Assembly: GCF_964194025.1 (NCBI RefSeq)
Contig: NC_134468.1
Span: 79,236,001 to 79,300,000 of the forward strand
Source: Convolutriloba macropyga
Taxonomy: Eukaryota
DNA length: 64,000 bases
Direction: 5' to 3'
Shown in pieces: positions 37,537 to 51,640 of the stretch. The notes under the pieces are model-generated. The model searched no databases, was not told where the DNA came from, and worked only from the letters and a program-made list of their open reading frames with translations. The position numbers were made by a program, and so were the translations under genes. The stretch's first letter is position 1. Every line of letters starts with the position of its first letter.

Positions 37537-40322
37537 CTAAAACATAGAGAGGTTCAATTGAGTATGACATTTCCAGAGAAACTGTGGAAACGGCTGCAAA
37601 TGTGGATTCGGTCTGTTGTTGATATAGATTGGTAAATCCGGCTTTATAATGTATACATAACAACAAAATGAATGGTCGGGTACAAATTGAAAAAAATTTT
37701 TGGACATTTTTGTATTTTTTAAAGAAAACAAAGCTGTCCAGTGTTCTCTATTCTGGCTCACAGTTTTTATGGAAGTGATCAAGTTCTTAACACAAAACAG
37801 ATAACTTTTCCCAACTCAAGTAAATTCTGTCCACAACCAACCATAGATAAAAAGACAGCTTATGAATTTTTCAACACTAATTGGTTTCACATGATAAGGA
37901 TTTTCCTGGGTCGAGGTGCTAAAAACGTCTCAAATATCACGCGTTGAATAATTTTAATTAATAATTGCGTTGAATAGTTTCAAAACATGCAAGATAAGCG
38001 GCAAGCGCGGTAAGAAACAAACATTACGGAGTTTTAGCGGTTGTCATACATAATTAACAGTCATTTACGTGGAAAAATAAAAAAAAATTACGATATTGAA
38101 GCAAATTTGGAAGATCACAATCATTTTGGTGTTGATCTTGCATAAATTTGACTTTTCTTCACTGCAAAATACAACTTAACTTACATATTTTTGCAATAAT
38201 TATCGACAAGGGTCCTGTTTAAGTATTTTTTTAATATGATATGTTAAATTTCGTTTTAATTAAGATAGATGTGTTAAATTTTTCTAAGTTAAACATAAGA
38301 AAATAGAAAGATTTCAACAACATTATAAGTAAAAAAGCACAGGTTCTTAGAGCTTGTACCGCTCACCAAAAACTCAATTCTGGAGGAAAACAGTTTGACA
38401 TGACATTAATACGAGTTACAAATTTTGAGAAATTCTTGAGCAACCATAATAAATTTAATCACTATTCGGATACCACTAATAGTACTAATTCAACTAAAAT
38501 AATCTGAGAAATGCAGCTTAACTAAAATAACAGAAAAAATTGATTGTTTTCAATGATGGTTTTTTTTTAATGTTGAACAAACAATCAGTTGTTAACAAAT
38601 TTTAGAAGTATTTTTATACAACTTCTTGTGGTTTTGATGACACACCTAATATCAGCTTGAATCAGGAGGCACTTTAATAGGAGCTTGAAGATAATCTCTC
38701 AATTCCGCATTATTGTTAAAAACTATGACAAAATCAGAGAAAATATTACTGAAAAATAACAAAAATTATCACCCGGATTTTTACTAAGATATTACTAGAT
38801 TTTCGGTTAACGACATCACCAAAACAGCAGCACAACAAGAAATTGCTTACTTGAATAATTAATGCAGGGATTTATTATGGTTTCAAAATAGCAATCGACT
38901 AGATCGAAGGAGGAAAAGGACTCAAAAACTTTACACACTTTTTAGTAAGAAGCAACAGAATTGGATGGTCACGGTAAAAAATACCAATAGGATATTGTAG
39001 GATAAAACCTTCTCTATCCTTAGAAGCCCCTATTTCTAAATCGTCTTCCTGTAAATTTCTCGTAAAAATTTTTACTTTGACGAGAAGAAAGTGCATAAGT
39101 GTACAACGGTAGCTAGTACATAAAACTTATCTATTAATGAGGAAAAGTAACGAAAAAATTAATCCGAAAATTAATGATGTTTACTAATTCCTGGTGTTTT
39201 TTTTTAAATTCTAAGAATATACTTGTCCCTCTTCTAATTTTTCTGAAGAATGTCCAAACCATTAAAAGACAGCAATTATGTGTATTAAAATATCAATATA
39301 TGAAAATTGTCCAAAAAGTCTTTAAAAAACGAAAACGAAAAAAAATAATGCTGTTTATATTTAAAAAACGAGACGTGTTTCAATTTCGAGAGTTTAACTT
39401 TTCATCGTTATTCATTTGGATAAAAAAAATACTCAAATTAGAATAGCCAGCTTGCTCCAATAGCAAAAATGACTGATAAACGTCGTTCACATAATCACGG
39501 AGTAGAACAATAAAAACACAATACTACATACTTTGGTTTTCTTCCTCAAAGTGTTTCTTGTTAATTGTCTAAGTTAAACATCATCCAAGAAGAAATCTTG
39601 GATTTTATTTTGGTTTTGTTGGATGTTTGGTCATTTGCAAAAATGAATACGAATTCTAAAATACTGTCAAAGGTTAAAAATTTTCAAAAAAGATCAATCA
39701 ATAATTATTGAAACGTTTTCTTTTATTAAACACCCTTTTTAGATTCCATTCCATGCCATAACTTGACACTGCATGAGTGAAGATTCAGTTTTAAAACCAT
39801 AGTTAAGAGTAATAGCTATCAAGAGACATTGCTTTAAAAAACGTCGGAAAAAGACAAAAAGGCTGAATTCTTTTGCGAAATGAATTCGGCGCGCAAACTC
39901 TGCCACCGGAAAGAACGAAGGCAAAATGTTTTTACTCTGTCCTTAATAGGCTTTAACAATTAAAATAAAACCAATTATTAAAACAAATTAACAATATTGG
40001 TCGGAAAATATTTAAAACAGCAAACTTAGGCTCTTATTGGTCAAAAAATAATGTAGGACTATATGACAATTGAGTGATGGAACAGCACTGCCTTCCAAGC
40101 ACACATCACCTTAAAAAAAGCATAGCATTTCAATTTTGCATTTATATTTTATAAACTTTTTGAAATTTATTTCTCTAGATGATATCAAATAAAAATTATT
40201 ATTATTAAATCCTTTTTTCGCAGTCCGTAACGACATATCATTTTAATTTATTCCATCTATCAGCATCTAATATTGCATTCAGTGAAAACTATGTAAAAAG
40301 TTTCCCGTAAAAAGGTGAATTA

Positions 40323-42903
40323 TTGTTCCGACCCCCACTTTTAGTGGGAGGGAGGAACTATATACTCAAATGGGTTTTTTTTGTTCTGAAAATTTTGGCC
40401 GAACGATTTATTCATCGTAGAAAGTTGTGAGTGGTATCATTAGTAAACTCGTCTAGCGCAGAATATGGAATTCAAAAGATTTTTTATGAATTTTATATTC
40501 TAGCGCGAGTTATCGTGCTTTAAAATTTTGTGAATATTACAACAATTTGTGAATATTAGACCGATTTTTGTTCACCTTTTCAGGAATTTTTGCCTAAAAT
40601 TTTGTTAAAAAAAATATGTGAAAATTGTTAACAACAATACTGTTGATTTTCCTTGAGAGCCAACAAAATTTTGTTGACTGTCTTTATTAAATTTTTTGGC
40701 TAAAATTTTGGCTAAAAATTTCAAATTTCAGCTTTTCTTCAACAAGAACTGCCCGAAGCTCCTTTAGACCAATTTGATTCAATTTGATGGAAGTACACAA
40801 CAAAAAAACATCTGACAAAGTCCTTGCTAATTCGAAAAAGAGCCAGCTCTACTTCTACTTCTATTGACAGTAGTCTGGAATTAAAATTTTGCTGTTTTTT
40901 TTCATACCTTTACTCTATGATAATCAAAAACGCAGCAACTAATTTTGATCTTTTAACTAACAAATTAACAAGATCTATTACATTCGAAACAATTGAGTGT
41001 TCCTAATGGACAAACAGCAATAGCAAGGCTGGTTTTGATGAAACCTTGGACTGTTACAATCGAAAAACAATTCGGATTGTAATCAGTCGGTCTTTTTAAA
41101 GAAATCAATTTTTTTATTTTACTTAAAGAAGAGAACGATTCAAATTAAAGCTTTCTGTTGATAGGTTTAGTTGGCTTTCTAAGCATTTCCAAAATTCCAA
41201 ATAATTTATCTTGTTTTTTAATGGAAAAGTTGTGGTTGTTTTGACTTTTAAAAACGTTTGTTTTTTGAATAAAAATGGCTTAATGAAAGTTGCCGCAATT
41301 TTTCTTTTAATTCGGTCAACTTGTTGCTTAGTGTCAGCAAAGAAAAAATGTTTCTTCTTCATCTTCTGTTCACTAATTTTTGTAGATGGCTGATGGCTTC
41401 ATGACTTAGAAAACAATTGTTTTCACAAAGAAAAAACATTTTTAAATTTTCATTTTAAGTCTTTTTTGTATACATTACCTAGTCTTCTTAATTACAGGTT
41501 CCATGTGACATTAGTGTTTTCAAGAGTGCAAGTGTAGGAAATCTAACTTTTTGAAAGAATTCGTGATGAATTTACTGGCTACAACACGGGCTTTTCGCAA
41601 AAAAAGTGTAAAGTAATTTTTGATTTTTTCTATATTTGATCTTCTCTTTTTAAAGGTGAGACAAATTCACAATAATTACAGGCATCGAGCTTTTTTACGA
41701 AAATAGAAGAACGTATTCAATCAATTCAATTTTTAGCTGCTGGCTTTCATGACTTTGAAAATAATTCTTTTCGAAAAGTACAAAATTTTTACTTATTTTT
41801 GCCCGTTTATTCTCTGTTTTTTCCAATGGTTACCTATTATCAAAAACGATAGGTTGAATACTGTATTATTGGAACTCAAAAAAGCTCAATTAATAAGATT
41901 TTCAGGGGCAAAATATAGGTTTACAGCTTCGGAAGCGTTTTCTCGCAATTTTTATTTGAATTTTTGTTTGTTGTCTCTGTTTGTTGTTCTTTTTGTAACT
42001 GCATTCAAAACAGAATAAAGCCAGTCTAAAAGCTTTCCTATAGAATTGTTTGTAATCAAAAGCATGTTGAATGTTTGCAATTGTGGTCTAATGGCTTCCT
42101 TCATGACTTTGAGATAATTATTTTCGAAAATTTCGAAAGTCTAACTGAATTTTGCATTTTTCCCCTTGTTTGTCTACTTGTTACCTATTCTCACTAATGA
42201 GAGGTCACATGCCACATCCACATCCACATTATTGACATTTGAAGGCTCATTTGAACATATTTTGAGGGGCAGGGTTGGCATTACGTCTTCGGAAGTGTTT
42301 TCTCGCAAGTTTTGATTGAAGTTTTGCTTGTTGTCTCGATTTGTTGTTCTTTTTGTAACCTAATAAAAAACGAATAACTACAGGTCCTAGTGCCCTCCTG
42401 TAAAAACGTATGTGATCATAAACATAGTGGATGTTTTCAATTGCTATCTAATGGTTTTCATTGCTCTGAAATTATTTTTCTTTTAAAATTTAAGCTAATT
42501 TTTTTTAAATCTTTCTTTTTGTTCGTTTTTGTCTAATTGTTACCAAGCCTTATTATGGAGTGGTCCCATTTTATTCTAGTGAAGTACAGGTTAATTTTTT
42601 TTATTCTCTGTTTTTTCTGACGCTATTTTGACCTTGCTAATAATTAAAAAAAAGCCGACATAAATTTTGGATGTAATTAGTGCTTGTTGTTTTTGTTTGA
42701 TTTTGTTGTTCATCCTTTTTTTTTACTCCACTGAGTCATATGCGTTGGAGGCGATCTTTTTGTTCGTACATTGTTTTTGAAAATTACTTGAAAAAAAAAC
42801 TGAAATACTATCGGTTGTTCAATTGGTAGACATTTATGCCAAAAATTGGGATGAGCGGGGTCCGAACTTTATGTGCGAACGCACATTACCGAGCATCCTT
42901 GTT
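40323..42903 (+). mobile_element. HINE/DINE-1-like element, copy 2
   Basis: 5' subTIR GTTCCGACCCC (40325) with a nearby partial inverted copy; 3' subTIR GGGGTCCGAAC (42857); perfect stem-loop ATGTGCG-AA-CGCACAT (42871-42886); T-rich flanks; internal ~370-bp diverged tandem subrepeats (41720-42480). Confidence 0.78.
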
Positions 42904-45084
42904 TTCTTTTATATCCGCATTCAAAATTTCAATCATAAGTTGTTAACATTCTGATACCCACCATCACACCAAGTGGTCATAAGCTCTCGGTTATTAATAT
43001 CTCTTATAATACATTCTCTTGTTTTCTCGGTCCTCAGTTTTTCAAATTTCTTACAAAGTTTTCATTGAACAAACAGTGCTTATTGTCAAGCTATGTTAAG
43101 CTAGCTTTAAGGCACAGTAAATTAGGCTAACCTATCTTAATCTTTGCACATCATTATGTTTTAGCGTCTATTGAAAATTATTTTAAAATTATTTAAAAAT
43201 TTGAAGAGAAAGCAGGCGGAAGCTTCTTTTCCGTCATTTCATGATTTGACAAATGCAAACTTCAATTGACCAATTTTGAGCGCCTGTTTTGGTTCCAATT
43301 CTATTTCAGAAATAGAAGACATCCTCGTTCTTTCGAAAAGTGATACCGAATTGCGGAACCCTTCTTCAAATCATAAAAAAAGTACAAAAATGACCTCAAA
43401 CAGCGCAGTGAATTAGAGTAAAGGAAAGGCGCTCAACTTCCTACTGCAGTCAAAAAAGACTGAACACAATCTAGTGGATGTGGTGAACACAGTGTGACCT
43501 AATTTGTCCCATTTTTTCCTCTCTCTTCAAAACAATGGGAGGCCCCGGGCGTCTTTCACATGAATGGCAAATATCTCTTAGATTAGGCCAGATTATCGAT
43601 CGTATAAACAGATTTAGCCTCGCTTTATGAAGGATTTTTTGGTCTGTTCCCCAAAACCCAATTTAAGATAGTTCATATTTGAGATCTCATCTTTTCAGCA
43701 TCCTTGATAACTAGAGAAAATGACCTTAATATCTTTATTTGTTTGTTCTAATAACCAATTTTAATCACATGAAAATAATAACAGCCTGACGCTTTATATT
43801 TTGTGTTTTTACCAACAGAAAGGCTCATTATTCGCATGATTGTTGTTTTCACGATAGATTAAAACGGCGAATCTTTACAAGAATGATTGTTACTATTTCA
43901 GCATGAAATGAAAAAAAAATCAAATTAGGTCAAGAAGGAGGCAAATGATAATATAGGAGTTGAAATGAGAATGGAATTGAATCAAATATTACACTATATA
44001 ATGAGCCCCTAACATCCGGTTTTGGATTTTAGTGTTCACGTGGGCTGAAAGGGGAGGGTATAAAATGAAATGATTTTTATTCCTGCTATGTATATGAAAT
44101 GTTTTCTATTCAGCAGCAGGTTTAGAAAAAAAAACTGATCAAATTGGTTATTTCAACGCTTGTGCCCTATTTTAGCCCCATTAATAACTTCTCTGACCCA
44201 AAAAAGTGATGATTTATGAGAACTGATCACACCAAAAAATACATATTAAAATTCCCACCGATATGCCGAATATAAGTTCATTGACATGTGAAGCAATTAT
44301 AGCGTGAAATCATTACAGTATAAAATTTCACGGTTACAAATAAAAGTACGGTATAAAAAAGACTTTTGTTAACGCAGGTCAATGAAATCAGCCTTTTATT
44401 TATTTTTGTTCCTCTCTCTTCAAATAAAACGAATAAAATAAAGATGAAGTTTTAGAGTTTATAAATACGCGAAGCAAATGCTTGCTTCCCTATTACCTTT
44501 CAACTCGAACAAATTTCAGCGTATGCTTTTTCAAACAATAAACGGCCAATGGTATGGTCATATGATGTTCTATTAGCACATTGATTGTTAGGCAACCGCA
44601 TTTTTTGAAAACATCAGGTAAAAATTCTGAAAATAAACGTTGTGGAGAAGTTTAAATCCCCGGAGGTTTGCCTCAGTTCAAATCAGTACTGAATCATAAA
44701 AATTTCATTATGTTTTTTTGCATGAGCAGTTGGCTGTTCATGTCACTTTTTGCAATTTACAGTCTGTGTTTTAATTGTTTTAACACTCACCGTCTGCGCA
44801 TGAAATTAGTCAGCTCTTATCGCGTACTGCCTTTTGTCTGACCCGTGTTAATTACCGCCTGCCACTTATCGGGCCAGAACTATTTGCCGACTGCCTTTCA
44901 TCTGCCCCGCGCTAATTACCTGAATTACTTGAATAAAGCCGCGGCTATAAAGTTGTCAATTTCAAGTCGGGGCTTTAAAAACGTCAATTATAACTACCAG
45001 TAGAGTCTTAAAAGAACTTCGAAGAAATTATTTTCTAGAAAATACAGTTTCCGAAATATTGCTTTTGAGGAAAAAATAGAAAAA

Positions 45085-45386
45085 TGGCGAATGCAAAGTA
45101 AGCCGATAGGCAAGCAAGCCGACAGAAAAGCAAGCCGAAAGTTATGTAATAGTTATGTAATCTATCAGAAATATTACATTGTCAGCCGTTACAATCAATA
45201 CTGCGCGTAGTATTAGTGCATAATGTATTCCAATGCACCAAAGAAACAAAAATGCGTCAATTTTTAGACATCTACCGGCCCGCCAGGGGCAACTTAAAAT
45301 TCGAGGGGTATCCGAAAATTTTTCGGCTTACTTGACCTCATTTTCAAAATTCGGCTTGCTTGCCTATCGGCTTGCTTGATCGCCAC
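45085..45386. mobile_element. ~300-bp MITE with long TIRs and AAGCAAGCCGA subterminal repeats
   Basis: AAGCCGATAGGCAAGCAAGCCGA (45100) and TCGGCTTGCTTGCCTATCGGCTT (45351) are perfect inverses. It sits ~30 bp into the intron after exon 3. Confidence 0.75.
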
Positions 45387-45416
45387 CTAGAAAAATAGCG
45401 TCAATTACAAACTAAC

Positions 45417-45666
45417 AAGTAAACTGATTGGGATGTAGAAGCCAAGTGATGAGAAGAAAGTGACCAGAAGCCACAACTGGAACGCCTTTATGCCCATTGG
45501 GTTCACGGGAGGCACAGTGTCCAGCAGTTTGGCACTCACTCTGGGTCCCTGTGGCTTCAGTCTGCCGGGGTAGTACATCTCTACAGGGCGGAAGGCGCAT
45601 GCCAGGGGTATTAAAAGGAGTGACAAGAGGCTGGGTACTAAGAGGGCCAGGAACCAGCCAGAGTAC
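45417..45666 (-). CDS. SLC16-like transporter exon 3 (TM6, short loop, TM7)
   Basis: Acceptor TTCTTAAG, phase 2: (R)YSGWFLALLVPSLLSLLLIPLACAFRP...KAFQLWLLVTFFSSLGFYIPISLL. Donor |GTTAGT, phase 0. Confidence 0.9.
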
Positions 45667-47832
45667 CTTAAGAAACAACGTATGTCGTGATTCTATCAAA
45701 ATAATTGCAATAATTCTATTGCGCATCAGGCGGTGAAAACTCTAATAACTTTAATTTTAGATTGAACGAAGTCAAAAATTACTGAGCTATAACTAAATTG
45801 GTCAACAATGTGTTAACCGACCTTGATTTGAACAAATCGACTTCTGCAGACGAAAATACAGAATGTGTATTCTCCAATATTTTCCACCAATCACTGACTT
45901 AGAAGACTCTATTCTCTTTTAAATAAAGCATGCACACTTTATTCCTGTCAGTCTGTTAGATAGATCCACTGTGTGAATACCATTGACTCTGGTGCTATAT
46001 ACTACCACGATTATAATTGAAGCTTACCGTCAGTGTTTTCCGGAGTCGGTTAGTCAGATAAATTTATGCAAATCCAGATCGCGCGCAGAAATAAGTAGCC
46101 CTAGCTCTATACCCCCTAAGGCCGTAAAAGGAGTCCAACCAGTGTCTGCCTTACAACCCCGTTTCGACTCAGAAGAGAACCAAACTTATCATGATGAAGA
46201 AAATGCCGGATAATGAGTAAAACATGGTCTTCGCATGGGTCTGTTCAGCAAGAAAAATTCCTCAAAAACTATCCTAAAATTAAGAACATTCTAAGGCTCA
46301 TCATATAGCAGAAATGTTTTTAAGGTTAAGATTTATTGTTATGAAGCACTATTTAGTGATGTCAGTTGACTTCGCTGCATCGATGTATATGAGTAGCTAT
46401 ATTTTCAACAGAAATGTTAGCTTTTCTTTAATTGCGGAATAAACGGCAAAATTTAATTCAATTTAACGCTTCCAAATTTTATTTTTTGAACAAAATGTGA
46501 ACAGCTAAGATGGCATCTAGACTGTTGAAAATTTTTGTTTCATCAAATTGACCTATCAAAAGACATTGTTTCAACTTTCGGTTGTTGATCGGCCGGACAA
46601 ATTCGCTTATTAAAGTTGCTCAGATCCCTCAAATTTTTTGGATTCTTGCAAAGAGTTCAAACTTTAGTTAAAATTTCTTTCTAGACGTCTTGTTTCAAAA
46701 CAATTTTGGAATTTCTTGTTAACCAAAAAAATATTGAACTCGAAATAAAAGTACAGGATGTCTGCAATTAAAAAACAAGCAACAAGCAATTGACTCTGGA
46801 TCCCAGTACAAGTAGATAATCATTAAAAACTCACCAACTACTCACTAAAAAAGGATCTCCTACTTAATGAAACTAATCATTTCAAAATATTTTAAAAAAC
46901 GGTACAATTAGAAAAAACGAGTCAAGGAAAGGAAGAAGAATAAAATCAAAAAATAAATATTCAACAAAAAACTAAAATGCTACTTCTCCGTTATAACATT
47001 GTAATTTTTTAATTATTTCGTTTCGATCAATGACTTTTCTAATGTACGACAGAGACGAGCTAATCAACAATTTTTACAAAAAAAAACAAAAATCCTGGAA
47101 AATATTTTTAATTTCTATCATTTATTCATTCATTTCAATGATAACTGCATACCATAAAATGTCCCTTTTTAGCAGTCAAACCTAAACAACAACTCCAAAT
47201 CAGAGATTGGACCAGAAAAATTCTCTGAAAAGGTCAAAAGCAGTAAAATAGGCACAAAACATCAAAAATTAATTTACACTAAAAAAAAAACAAATAAAAA
47301 TGATTACCAAAAAGTCTGGAAACCGGAACATTGACCAACTAGTTAAGAGTATAGAACATCAACTCCTCGATAGCACTAAGAGTTTGACAAAGGATGCGGA
47401 AATTGCTCAAAAAAGTTTAAAACTGCGAAGTGAAGAATCAAATAGCTCAAAATTGCATCTAAAACTCGAATATTTCCTTCAGATGGTGAATAATGCTTCC
47501 CAACGTACATGTAGTAGATAATTATAACTAAGAAAAACCCCTTGGCCAATAATTTAGCGTTTAATGTGAAAAACAGCTTAGAGAAGGCCTCATATGATCA
47601 GAAAAATTTTTCCACGCTGTCTGTTGTAGACCAGCTTGAACAAAACGACTACTGTCTCTTCTCTTTGCTCTTCTTTTTCGTTCAGCAATAAAAGACAATC
47701 ATGATTTTAACACGTATTGCACTATTTTTTACATCCTGCTTTAGAACGACTCGGTAGTTTTTAAAAATTTAGATCGCTCTAACTCATCTACGAGTCGTAA
47801 CAAACAGAATATCAACTTGTGGTTTTATTTTT

Positions 47833-47890
47833 TGGTTCCGACCACATAAGGCGGCAGGAGGAACTATATGGTCAACGGGTTTTTTTTCTT
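47833..47890 (+). mobile_element. Isolated 5' end of the same HINE-like family
   Basis: GTTCCGACC...GGAGGAACTATATGGTCAACGGGTTTTTTT matches the start of 40323. Confidence 0.55.
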
Positions 47891-48002
47891 TAAAATTTGA
47901 AAACGGTGAAACAATTTTTTAGATCTTATTAATTCTTTTTTTAATATTACATAGGTGAAGAAAAAGCAGAAAACTAATCTTTAAAAAAGGACTAAATCGA
48001 AC

Positions 48003-48366
48003 CTTGCACATTCGAAGAGTAGCGGGGCCAATAAAGCAGATCCAAATCCAGCACCACTATGTACAATCGCAATCACTCGGATCCGTTTCTTCGAGAAATA
48101 CTGACACAGAATAATAAATGACGTCACCAAACACATAGAAGAGGCCACTCCGAACAGCAGCCCATAACATAAGACAAAAAGAAGCGTGGAAGTTGTAAAA
48201 CTGCAGAGGAGTAATGATGCGAATGTTGATAGAGAGGAGAATAGAGCGACCTTTCTGGGACCGAATTTGAAGGTCAAACAGAGGATAACTGGAGATAAGA
48301 GGTGGCATAGACCGAAGGAGAAAGAGCCTGACCATGCTAAAACGGGCGAGAAGAGATGAGAGGAAT
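48003..48366 (-). CDS. SLC16-like transporter exon 2 (TM2-TM5)
   Basis: Acceptor TTTAG, phase 1: DSSHLFSPVLAWSGSFSFGLCHLLSPV..KFGPRKV..YGLLFGVASS..QYFSKKRIRVIAIVHSGAGFGSALLAPL, carrying SLC16 motifs AWxGS and YFxKxR. Donor AG|GTTCGA, phase 2. An in-frame alternative acceptor at 48336 is possible. Confidence 0.92.
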
Positions 48367-48839
48367 CTAAACGAATACAGCATTCAAAGAATATGTATTC
48401 ATGTTGATTTTTTCAAACTGTTTCTTTTTCCCCGTGAATAATTTTTTATTCACATAGAACAAACTGATGCAAGTTGAAAGAACAAACTGATGCAAGTTTT
48501 GCATTGATAATGATATTATCGCACAGTAATAGGTAGTAATGGGTGTTACAATTTGCAAGTCAAAAACTCAATAACACAACAGTACAGAAAACCGATTTAA
48601 AAAATACAAAAAGGACAAAAAAATTAACAAGAAATCTTCTGTACTTCCGTCAAACGTTACGGATCTTTAGTTCAGTTGGTTTGTTCAGTATTCCGGTCTC
48701 AAGCGACAGAAATCTCGGGTGATAATTGTTAGAAATCATTATAGTATTCGGTTTTGAAATTCGGTTTTGAGAGCATTGGAAAGGGCTACGGTGGAGGAAA
48801 AAAATTGCTGCTTTTAAAACAGTTAACTATTTTTAAGAA

Positions 48840-50586
48840 ATGTTCCCAACGCACCTTAGTATGGGGAAACAACCATATGCTCAACTGAATTTTTTGTTAG
48901 CGGCCAATATTAACCGAACGATATATTCATCGTACAGAGTTGTGAGTGATGTCATTAGAAAATCTGTCTTAAGTAGAACATCCTGTTTAATAAAATTTGA
49001 ATTGTGCTTTTTCCAACGAGCATTGGGGTTTGAAAGCTTAGTGAACAGTAACCAAATTTATTCACATTCCATGTAATTTTGGATATAATTTTGATTAATT
49101 TTGCTAAAAACACTATAAAATTTTTATTTATTGGTTTTATCTTTAGATATAGAGCAGAATTTCTGTATTGTTTGAGCCGATTCTTTTTGACTAAAAATTG
49201 GGCCAAATCTTTTAATATTTTAATATTTCTTTTTTTCATGAAAAACAAAGCCATGCCCCCGTAGCCAACTTTGTCCGATTTTACTGAAAACAAAAATTGT
49301 CATCACCAACTTCGCTTACCAATGTGGGAGCTATTTTACCTGCAGTTCCTAGGAAAGTGTTCTGAAACTAACAATTTTTCTAATTAAGTTTAATTCAAAA
49401 GCATCGTTTTTTGATATATTAAGACTCAGTTTTGCTGAATTATCTGTACAAAAACTTTTTGGAACAACTAAAAATTTTAAGGGACTTGATTTTTACAAAC
49501 AAAAATGATTAGGATTCCATTTTGGCCTTGTCCTTATTTTAAAAACTCGCTGTTTTTTCATCCCAAGTACGAACAAATCTTTTTTCACAGGATTACTGGT
49601 AAATTTCAGTTTTCAGTTTTCAGTTGAAATCTAAAGTTTTCAGTTGATGCTTAATGGCTCATATGAATACATTTTTTTCGAATATTTATTTTGAATTTTT
49701 GATCTTTTGTTTCTTTCTCACCTGATTTCGTAGCTAAGTTCTTCTAATGGCTGCTCGTTTTTCCTAGTGAAAAAAAATTATCTGTACGTTTTTGTTTTAA
49801 CTACTTACTCTTATGCATTGAATTTCATTATTTGAATAAAAAAATAAATTATTGATTTTTCCAGCTCTTTAAATTTTTTTCAAATTTTAAATTAAAATTG
49901 TTACAAACAGGTCTCATGGGTTTTCGTGAGAAACAAAACTCAACTTTTCAACCATTGGTCTTATCTTTTCCAATCTACGAGTTTTCATAAAAATTTTCAC
50001 GATTTTTGGACATTTGGCTTTATTTGTGGTTCCTTTTTGGACTATCTCTACTTGTTTTTATTTCTATCCTTCCTTTTATCACCTTGACATTGAGTTTTCA
50101 TATGAAAATTTTTAACCTATTGATACTCGTTTTTATCTATCTCTACTTGTTTTTATTTCTATCGTTCCCTTTTTACTTTGACATTGAGTTTTCATATGAA
50201 AATTTCCAACTTATTGATACTCGTCAATAATTGTGGATCTTTTGTTGTCATTTCACACTGCCCGTTGAAAACAACTGCTTATGATACTAATTTAATATAT
50301 TAAGTTTTAACCATTTTTATTAATGTTTTTATTGTTTTATTTTAATGTTTGTCTTGTCTAGTGGTTTCCTTGATGGCATGTCTCAACGGTACGCTTATCC
50401 ATTATTATATATATTTAGGGTTTAAAATTTTGCTAATTCTTAAACTTATACACGATCTGTTTTCGAACAGTATTTGAATTTTTGAACGTTTCCTATCTCT
50501 TCCTCATTTGGTAGGTAATTTCTTCAAAATGTGAATGACCGCAGAGGAAACATTATATGTGAACACACATTACTGAGCCTCCTTGA
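48840..50586 (+). mobile_element. HINE/DINE-1-like element, copy 3 (shorter, more diverged)
   Basis: Shares the 5' core (CCGAACGATATATTCATCGTACAGAGTTGTGAG..TCATTAG) and the 3' end (ATGTGAACACACATTACTGAGCCTCCTTG) with copies 1 and 2. Internal ~90-bp direct repeat at 50043-50224. Confidence 0.65.
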
Positions 50587-51640
50587 TGGAATTATTATCT
50601 TTTTATAAGGCAACAACCCAAAAAAAATAGATGCTGGTTTATATTTTCATTTTGGTGATTGCTGTCTGATTTTTTTAAGCAAAAAATTAAAAAAGGGACA
50701 AAAAACTGCGCTCTTTTATTAAACTAAGAATATTATCATATTACCTAACTAATTATAATGATACCGTTAGAAATGATACGTGATGGAGTGGAAATAAGGT
50801 GAAATTCAGTTTTTTTTAAGTTTGTTTCCGTAATTAAGATAATAGAGTGCAATGCGAAAGTCGTCAAAGTCAAATTGTTTGGCTTTCCCTTTTTTTCTGT
50901 ATAAATCTTCTTTTTTTATTTGATCAAACTTGCCTATTTTAAGGATTTGACATTCCGGCTTTGCCATTCTCTATCATTACTCCAACGTTAACACCGTAAC
51001 TACTGGGTGTAAGCGTATTGTTAATTGCAATGGGAAAAGGTTTTACAAACGTTTAAAAATTTTGCTGAAATTTTAGACCCTATTGTTTAAATGGACAGCA
51101 TCCCTAGTTTCAAACCTGACATACAGAAAATTTATTTTATCTGAAAAACAAACAAACCAAATTTTTCGACATTTGGAAACCAAACATAACGTTCATTTTT
51201 GACGTTTGAAAGCCAAATTTTTCGACGGCGATTTACTTTTGAACAGACCAACAACTTGATACGTTCTAAAGTGGAAATTTCCGTTGATTTGAAAACCATC
51301 AATAGTAAAGATGCCAAAGGAAAAACGTAAGGACTCTTGTCATTTTTGTCAAAGTAAAACAAACAGTCCTACGAATTTCTTAACGTTTACAAGTGACAAT
51401 TTCTCGACTATAGAAGATAGTATTCTATCACGGGAAAAGGAAACAATTGCGTGATTTTAAAAAATTCATTAGATTTTTTTAAAAGATTGATCTATTAAGT
51501 CGTAAATATGAGTAAATTTGCGGAGACAGAAATTATTTCGATCATTTAAAGGTTTCAAGTCAGGATTTTCTCATCTAAGATGATTTCAAAAAATGAAATG
51601 AAATCTGAAAATGATCGGAAAGACAGAAAAACAACTTTAC

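Noticed and set aside
44791-44919. GC-rich segment with minus-strand acceptor and GTGAGT donor
   Set aside because: Stops in all three frames; TM8 is encoded at 37405-37536.
46028-46273. Exon-like segment (AG...GT on minus) with hydrophobic TMFYSLSGIFFIMISLVLF
   Set aside because: The frames checked hit stops (TGA and TAA), and exon 45417-45666 already supplies TM6 in the correct phase. At most a non-coding or poison exon; no evidence for codon reassignment.
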